DNA from: an uncultured Solirubrobacteraceae bacterium
GTDB lineage: Bacteria > Actinomycetota > Thermoleophilia > Solirubrobacterales > Solirubrobacteraceae
Direction: 5' to 3'
DNA: 64,000 bases
Assembly: GCA_964582105.1 (NCBI GenBank)
Contig: CAZOQI010000045.1
Coordinates: 15,655-79,654, forward strand
Each line of letters starts with the position of its first letter. Position 1 is the stretch's first letter. Below the pieces are notes generated by a model. It saw only the letters and a list, made by a program, of their open reading frames with translations, was not told the DNA's origin and did not search any database. A program made the position numbers and the translations under genes. Positions 58,019 to 64,000 of this stretch are shown here, one piece after another.

Positions 58019-59269
58019 ATGGAGTTTTACTTCCCGGACAGCCAGGATCAGATCGATCCCAACTTCGACTTCGAAGCCGATGAGCATCCACCCTTCCACG
58101 TCCGTCAGCGCGACGATCGCTACGCGCATGAGATCCACGACCCGCCGCCATACAGCGGCATACTCGTCTCCAAGACGATGGTGGACGGATACGCTGGCTC
58201 CGGTCGGTACTCGACTGCCCAGCGCCACCGCCTCTACCGCCTGGGAATGCACAAGTTCTTTCGACTGCCAAAGGGACTGAAGGTCATCGGCGACTGTGGC
58301 GCCTTCAGCTATATGGAGGAGGAGAAGCCGCCGGTCACAGTCAGCGAAGTCATCGACTTCTACGAGCACTCAGGGGTCGATGAGGGAGTGTCGGTGGACC
58401 ATGTGATCCGAGATTTTCAGCCCGATTCCGTAGAGGGCGCACTAGAGAAATGGATCGATCGTCAGGCTATCACACTCGAACTGGCAGCCGATTTCTTCGC
58501 TGAGCACCGCCGTCGCGACTGTCGCTTTACGCCAATGGGCGCCGCGCAGGGATGGAGTCCCGCATCCTATGCCGTTTCGGTGCAACACCTTCAGGAAATC
58601 GGCTATCGACGCATCGCGATTGGCGGGATGGTTTCGCTCAACACACTTCAGATCGTGTCTTGCCTCGAGGCTATTCATAAGGTGCGACTGCCCGAGACCA
58701 GTCTTCACTTACTTGGTATAAGTCGGACTGAGCATTATCCGACCTTTCGGGCACTTGGCGTACATAGCCTGGACTCGACATCGCCGTTCAGACAGGCGTT
58801 TATGGACGACAAGGACAATTACTACACCCCTGCAGGTAACTTCGTCGCACTACGCATACCCCCTTCGGAAGGAAACCAGAGCCTGCGAGCCCGCATTCGT
58901 GCTGGTCAACTCGATCAACAGGTTGTCTGTCAGGCGGAGGAGAACGCGCTCCAGGCCGTCCGTGCCTACGATCGAGAAAGCGGGACACTGACCACCGCCC
59001 TTAGCGCTCTCAGAGACTATGAGCAGATTTTCGATACCCAAGATCGTGACCGTACCGAGGAGTATCGTGCCACGCTCGAAGCACGGCCCTGGGGGAAATG
59101 CTCGTGTGCGATCTGCGATTGCTGGCAAGTCGAGGTCGCGATCTTCCGGGGCACTGAGCGCAACAAGCGCCGAGGGTTCCACAATCTCTGGGTCTTCAAC
59201 CAAACCTTACAAGAACGTATCGCCGGCGTTAGCCAGGAGATAGGGATAGAAAGCGAGGTAAGTCAGTGA
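58019..59269 (+). CDS. dpdA: DNA 7-deazaguanine transglycosylase (TGT paralogue)
   Basis: FYFPDSQD start, GDCGAFSY, SVDH, AQGW, IGGM, HLLG, DSTSP, CxCxxC..HN zinc site. Confidence 0.88.
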   Translation: MEFYFPDSQDQIDPNFDFEADEHPPFHVRQRDDRYAHEIHDPPPYSGILVSKTMVDGYAGSGRYSTAQRHRLYRLGMHKFFRLPKGLKVIGDCGAFSYMEEEKPPVTVSEVIDFYEHSGVDEGVSVDHVIRDFQPDSVEGALEKWIDRQAITLELAADFFAEHRRRDCRFTPMGAAQGWSPASYAVSVQHLQEIGYRRIAIGGMVSLNTLQIVSCLEAIHKVRLPETSLHLLGISRTEHYPTFRALGVHSLDSTSPFRQAFMDDKDNYYTPAGNFVALRIPPSEGNQSLRARIRAGQLDQQVVCQAEENALQAVRAYDRESGTLTTALSALRDYEQIFDTQDRDRTEEYRATLEARPWGKCSCAICDCWQVEVAIFRGTERNKRRGFHNLWVFNQTLQERIAGVSQEIGIESEVSQ

Positions 59270-60420
59270 GCCGGTCTGAGTTACGCCTTCCGGCGCTTGA
59301 GATTCATCAAGGCGACCGCCGGCTCTACCAGTTCGCGGTAGATGGCAAGCGACTTACGGACATAAGCACGGTCTCACGGGTCCATCGTGACGAGGAAGGC
59401 CAGATCGGTGGCTATCAGCGTCCCGAGGTACTGCGGCATGTCAAGGCTATACGCAGCTATCTGGAGAGCCCCGGCGCGCTTATGCCCAATGCTCTGGTCA
59501 TCGCATTCGACTCGCGGGTGCGCTTTGAGCGGATACCCGGAGTCAAGACAACCAGCGGGAGCACCGCCGGAAGCATTGTCATTCCACTGTCCGATGACCC
59601 CAGCGAAGTTTCACCAGGTTGGGTCGTGGACGGCCAGCAGCGAGCTGCTGCGCTCAGGGACGCCAAGCTCGGCGACTTCCCCATGCCAGTAGTGGCCTTC
59701 ATCACCGATGACCTCCGCGAGCAGCGCGCCCAGTTCATTCTGGTCAATAACACCAAGCCACTGCCGAAGGGGCTCATCCATGAGCTCCTTCCCGTTACGG
59801 AGGGATACCTTCCAGTGGCGCTGCTCCGCAAGCGCTACCCCTCCAAGCTCCTGGAACTGCTCAACCTGATGCCGAAATCTCCGATGGAACATGCCATCAA
59901 GACTCCAACGATGCCGGAGGGCCGCATCCGGGACAACTCGGTGCTGAAGATGATCGAGAATTCGATCACGGACGGCGCTCTCTACCGATACAGAGACCCG
60001 CTGACCGGGGAGGGCAACATCAGCCTCATGCTTCAGGTGCTATGGAATTTTTGGGCAGCCGTCAAAGATACCTGGACGGATGCGTGGGAACTACCGCCGC
60101 GCAAGTCGCGACTCACCCACGGTGTGGGCATCGTGGCCTTGGGCTACATCATGGACGAGATCACTGACCGCTGCTCCGCCGGGACTGATGTGCCTACGCC
60201 AGAGACTTATGCAGAACATCTGCAGTCGTTAGTTAATATTTGCGCTTGGACCAGAGGACAGTGGGACTTTGGCCTGCGCGAACACCGGCCGTGGAACGAG
60301 CTTCAGGTGACATCCAAAGACATCCTAAAACTCACCGAGTTGCTTCTGCGGACGTATCGTAATACCGTGTTGCCAGCACCTCCTCATGAAGCACCACCGC
60401 GCGAGGCTCTCTCGGCATAG
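59266..60420 (+). CDS. dpdB: DGQHR/DndB-family protein DpdB
   Basis: GYQR, PNALV, VDGQQR, QFILVN..KPL; GTGA overlap with dpdA. Confidence 0.85.
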   Translation: MSRSELRLPALEIHQGDRRLYQFAVDGKRLTDISTVSRVHRDEEGQIGGYQRPEVLRHVKAIRSYLESPGALMPNALVIAFDSRVRFERIPGVKTTSGSTAGSIVIPLSDDPSEVSPGWVVDGQQRAAALRDAKLGDFPMPVVAFITDDLREQRAQFILVNNTKPLPKGLIHELLPVTEGYLPVALLRKRYPSKLLELLNLMPKSPMEHAIKTPTMPEGRIRDNSVLKMIENSITDGALYRYRDPLTGEGNISLMLQVLWNFWAAVKDTWTDAWELPPRKSRLTHGVGIVALGYIMDEITDRCSAGTDVPTPETYAEHLQSLVNICAWTRGQWDFGLREHRPWNELQVTSKDILKLTELLLRTYRNTVLPAPPHEAPPREALSA

Positions 60421-60462
60421 ACATAAGTTGTCCTTCCCATTCAAATAAGAAGTTGGGGAGCT

Positions 60463-61387
60463 TGACCGGCCCCCGTTTGCTGGTCCAGGCGTTATGAGAG
60501 TGTTGGGGTTGGTTGGTCCTGCTTGTGGGTTGTGGTGATCCATACCGCAGCGTACTCGTCGGGCGTGAGCCCGACGAGCGCGGAGTGTGGCCTGATGGTG
60601 TTGTACTCGATTCGCCACGTCTCGGTGAGGATCTGTGTCTCGGTGAGGGCGGTGAACTCCTCGGTGTTCCAGTGCTCGTCTCGCATCCGGGAGTTGAACG
60701 ACTCGACGTAGGGGTTCTCCCAAGGGCTGCCAGGCTCGATGTAGATCGTGCCCGTGGTGTTCAAGCGAGCCCAGTCTCTGAGTGCTTGTGCGGTCAGCTC
60801 CGGCCTGTTGTCCATCCGCAGGAACCCGGGGGCGCCGTGCTGGGCCTGGAGGCGATCGAGGACCCTGAGCAGCCCGTCCGCGTCACAGGAGCGAGCGACC
60901 TCGGTAGCGAGCGCCTGGCGGGTGTGCTCATCGACGATGTTCAGGGACTTCAGCTGCCGTCCGTCGTTGGTCGCGTCGAACTGGAAGTCGATCGCCCAGA
61001 CCTCCCCCGGGTGCGCTGCTCGCCGCGGCGCACCCCCGGTGTCCGTGCTCTGACCACGCCGGCGCTTACGCGCTTTCTGCGCCTGCTCAGCGACCACCTG
61101 CTTCAGCCGCCCGTTCTCGCGCTCCAGCTCCCGCAGGCGCTTGGCGCCCTCGGCCTTCATCCCGCCGTACTGGTTGCGCCACCTGTGCAGCGTGGCCTCC
61201 GAGACCTCCAGATGGCGCAGCGCCTCCGCGATGTCCTTCTCTTCGCCGAGCAGCCGGTCGGCCTCACGCAGCTTGCGGACGATCTGCTCCGGGGTATGAC
61301 GACAACGCTTCATTCGAGTCTCCTCTCGCCCACGATAGGGCGGTCAGACTCTCAAAACACCCAGACCACTCAACAGGGGTCAGGCCA
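60463..61387 (-). mobile_element. internally deleted IS3-family element (925 bp)
   Basis: TG...CA ends; imperfect IRs TGACCGGCCCCCGTTTGCTGGTCC / TGGCCTGACCCCTGTTGAGTGGTC. Confidence 0.8.
60492..61313 (-). pseudogene. IS3 transposase, OrfA fused in frame to partial OrfB
   Basis: OrfA HTH (EQIVRKLRE..TLHRWR) joined directly to WAIDFQFD..MDNRPEL..ESFN; OrfB N-terminus missing. Confidence 0.75.
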
Positions 61388-62215
61388 AGGTCCTTGAGCA
61401 TCGTCGGAAGCATGTGTTGGACATCGTACAACCAGATTATCCACCACCCAGAGACCAGTGAGAGAAACTCGTTGTACCAACAATGGGATAGAACGAGGGG
61501 TAGCTCCACAACCAGTGTACTCACACGCACCGGCTTGGGCAAGTACGACGTAGCGAGTCTGAAGAGAGGGAGTCCGCACAAAGTTACCTGATGCATCGCG
61601 ATAGACCCAGTTCAGTGCCTCAATCGACTGAAGGGCCGAAAAACGCTCGGCCTTCCCTAGATTGCAAGCCCGGCAGAGAATCTGCCAGTTTGCACCGTCC
61701 GGCGCGTCTCCGACTATCCGAAATGGAACCGTGTGATCCAGAGTTTCTTCGCTCGGTTCTTCAAAGAATACGCCACATACCGCACACCGTTCGTCCTGCT
61801 TAGCCCGTATCTGTTGGTAAAGGGAGAGATTTGCGCGCAGACTGGCAATCGAAGCCTTCGGTAGACGCCGCACATTACCAAACTCATTGTTGGTCGGCCA
61901 GGTTGACCAGAGCTGATCAGCCACTGCCTTCAAGACATCGACTAACGACTCGCTAGCCGGAACACCGACCTTTGCTAAATGCGCTCTGATCGAGGGCTTA
62001 ACCAACTGATCTTGCCGACGCCTGACGATCGAGTCGGTCGGAAGAAGTCCAAAGACAAGAGGGACAGCTCGCAATCTTGCTAACTCGCTGGCTGGACCGA
62101 CCACAGAATCATCACGGTATCCGAGTACACCGTGATACCTGAGTGTGCCCTCGAAGTCTTCGAGGGCCTGGTAATCAATCGGTCGTCTTCCCAGTGAGAA
62201 GAGAGGACTTCCCAT
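61370..62215 (-). CDS. HNH endonuclease with a second degenerate HNH-like module
   Basis: CAVC..DHTVP..NWQILCRACN, then CEYTGC..DNLVVRCPTH; start uncertain. Confidence 0.75.
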   Translation of the reverse strand: MGSPLFSLGRRPIDYQALEDFEGTLRYHGVLGYRDDSVVGPASELARLRAVPLVFGLLPTDSIVRRRQDQLVKPSIRAHLAKVGVPASESLVDVLKAVADQLWSTWPTNNEFGNVRRLPKASIASLRANLSLYQQIRAKQDERCAVCGVFFEEPSEETLDHTVPFRIVGDAPDGANWQILCRACNLGKAERFSALQSIEALNWVYRDASGNFVRTPSLQTRYVVLAQAGACEYTGCGATPRSIPLLVQRVSLTGLWVVDNLVVRCPTHASDDAQGPWPDPC

Positions 62216-63752
62216 ACTGATAACGGCCCTTAGTGTCGACGAACTGACGCAAAGCCTGTTGCAACGCTGTGCGCCCAGCACCAGTACTCAGACTGCTCAT
62301 TGCCCATTTGGTCGAAAAAAACTCGGGTGGAAACCATTCAATGAACTTCTCTGCTCGACGCTTGAGTTTTGTACGAAGCTCTTCCACCGTGTTGTCATTC
62401 TCGTGCGGAACAAAGAAGTCCTCGTCCTGTGCATTGAGGTTTGTAAGGAAAGCTTCCTGTAGCTCATAGAGCACAATCGCAACCATCAACTGTGAGCCAA
62501 CTTCCCACAGCGTACCATTAGAACGATGAGATGGCACCTCACGATAGCGATCAGCGACCACCTTCCAGAAGTCAAGGAAGAATTCACCCCAGTCATCTGT
62601 CTTCCAACGCTCAAGCCGTGATCTGCTGGCGCGCTTGGGAAGGTCGGGGTAGAGGTTCGGCAGTATTTGCTTGAAGACTGGGTGCGAAGCTTGATACCAA
62701 ATCCTGCCAACACGTACCATAGTTTTGTAGCCGATCTTACGATCATCTTTCTTCTCGGACAAGTTAATGAGCCCGAAGAAAGGACTCTGCGAATCGAACT
62801 GAACGACCTTCATCAACTCGTACTCAATCACCTTTACACCCGCCTGCACAAGGCGATTTTGAAGCCCATTCAACTCTTCGCGGGTCAACGAAAGTGCAGC
62901 ATTGGCCGTGATGAACTGATCGGGAATACCCTTTGCGGTATAGTTGACCACCGTAAACTGGTACACTTGCTCTGCCCACTCACAATCAACGAGTGCGCAA
63001 ACTGCGAACGGGATGCCACGCTCACAGGCCTCTGCTCCCTTCACACGATGTTGCCCGTCAATAAGCGTTGCGGGTTTAGCCATATCTCGGAGCGCCTCTT
63101 CGTTAGCGATGCACCACTCTGGATCGTCAAGTCTCTCACGCAGTTGGTCAAGCACCGAGCGTCCAAGTTCAATCTCTTTGTCTTCGCTATCGTCATCATC
63201 CTCCGGACTGTCGCCACCCTCGACTGAGTCCTGGTGTTCAGCGGCCTCGATATCGACGGCTTCGGCGGTGTCCCCCAGTGACCCAACCAAATCGCCATCG
63301 GTAACATCTTCATCCCCCTCGACGGACTGATTGCTCAACCGATAGTCAAGCTGGCGTCGTACTGCGGCAACAATCTCCTCAAGTTGATGCTCACTATCTG
63401 AATAGCGGACAATAATAGTACACGGGCGTATAGTATCGCCATCGTTGCCGCCCATCTTGACCTCCAGCGCTTCTGGATCTCTGCCAGCTGGCGGATGAAG
63501 ACCTACGACCAGCGCTGTAGGCGATTGATTCTCGGGAAAGTCGAAGTACTTCTTTGCTCGATCTACTCGAACGGAGTCAAAGCCACGTTGGAAGCCAACA
63601 AGGTTCTGTTCTGAGCGCCTTGGGATACCAGCCCATTCGAGAAGCTCCTCGGCAGTGGCAACGAACGAAACGAGATATGGGGCTTCGTGGGATCGGCTCT
63701 GACGGTAGGCGATACCCTCGTACATGCGAACGTTTGACATGGGCGTCAGCAT
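62175..63752 (-). CDS. large DGQHR-domain protein with acidic insert
   Basis: GFQR, SPTALVV, LIDGQHR, QFTVVN; Asp/Glu-rich insert before the DGQHR motif. Confidence 0.8.
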   Translation of the reverse strand: MLTPMSNVRMYEGIAYRQSRSHEAPYLVSFVATAEELLEWAGIPRRSEQNLVGFQRGFDSVRVDRAKKYFDFPENQSPTALVVGLHPPAGRDPEALEVKMGGNDGDTIRPCTIIVRYSDSEHQLEEIVAAVRRQLDYRLSNQSVEGDEDVTDGDLVGSLGDTAEAVDIEAAEHQDSVEGGDSPEDDDDSEDKEIELGRSVLDQLRERLDDPEWCIANEEALRDMAKPATLIDGQHRVKGAEACERGIPFAVCALVDCEWAEQVYQFTVVNYTAKGIPDQFITANAALSLTREELNGLQNRLVQAGVKVIEYELMKVVQFDSQSPFFGLINLSEKKDDRKIGYKTMVRVGRIWYQASHPVFKQILPNLYPDLPKRASRSRLERWKTDDWGEFFLDFWKVVADRYREVPSHRSNGTLWEVGSQLMVAIVLYELQEAFLTNLNAQDEDFFVPHENDNTVEELRTKLKRRAEKFIEWFPPEFFSTKWAMSSLSTGAGRTALQQALRQFVDTKGRYQYGKSSLLTGKTTD

Positions 63753-63852
63753 ACCAATCGCTCCGGAGGGACCACGGTCGTCAGTTGGCTCGCAGCCTGA
63801 ACCGACTGGGCATGGTCGGGCAGGTCAGTGCATGTGCCTCTTTGGAGCATCT

Positions 63853-64000
63853 CTATAAATCGAATGCTGCGAGAATACGGTCCGCGCGGGCGCTATAGTC
63901 GCCACGTTCGCTGCGGGCTGTGCGCCGCCACTGCTCAATAAAGACAGTCCGGAGCCATAGCTGATCAAGGAGGCGTAGCTCGTCTGCGGCAGTGACCCGT
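63853..64000 (-). CDS. C-terminus of an unknown protein (partial)
   Basis: Open frame ...RVTAADELRLLDQLWLRTVFIEQWRR...AFDL* running to the window edge. Confidence 0.35.
   Translation of the reverse strand, partial: RVTAADELRLLDQLWLRTVFIEQWRRTARSERGDYSARADRILAAFDL

Noticed and set aside
54680..59269. Ordinary tRNA queuosine pathway with tgt
   Set aside because: No queF, queA or queG; the TGT-like protein has DpdA-type features and is coupled to a DGQHR gene.
59266..63752. Phosphorothioate (Dnd) system suggested by DndB-like genes
   Set aside because: No dndC, dndD, dndE or cysteine desulfurase in the window.

Overview
Very GC-rich actinobacterial chromosome segment; gene content and style suggest Thermoleophilia/Solirubrobacterales (inference). 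Positions 1-49.7 kb are mostly core genes: an aromatic-biosynthesis cluster (aroH, hisC, aroF, tyrA, aroA, cmk), rluB/rlmN, scpAB, trpS, the glycine cleavage system, the dcw cluster from mraZ to ftsZ, a degenerate rho, folP and glpD. These are interrupted by four toxin-antitoxin pairs and a three-gene secreted fibre/adhesin-like operon. From ~50 kb the window is defence-rich: a type II R-M-like pair with a LexA-type box, the pnt transhydrogenase genes, then a lower-GC island. The island carries queC-queE-queD-folE2 plus dpdC-like/dpdA/dpdB (7-deazaguanine DNA modification), facing a convergent DGQHR + tandem-HNH gene pair that is clipped by a deleted IS3. Best candidates for new biology: (1) the Dpd module with a possible non-canonical DGQHR-HNH effector, (2) an unannotated Trp/Tyr/Phe leader peptide upstream of aroF-tyrA-aroA, (3) a Rho homologue lacking catalytic residues, (4) the fibre operon and its structured 5' leader. 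All calls come from reading motifs by eye; no searches were run.
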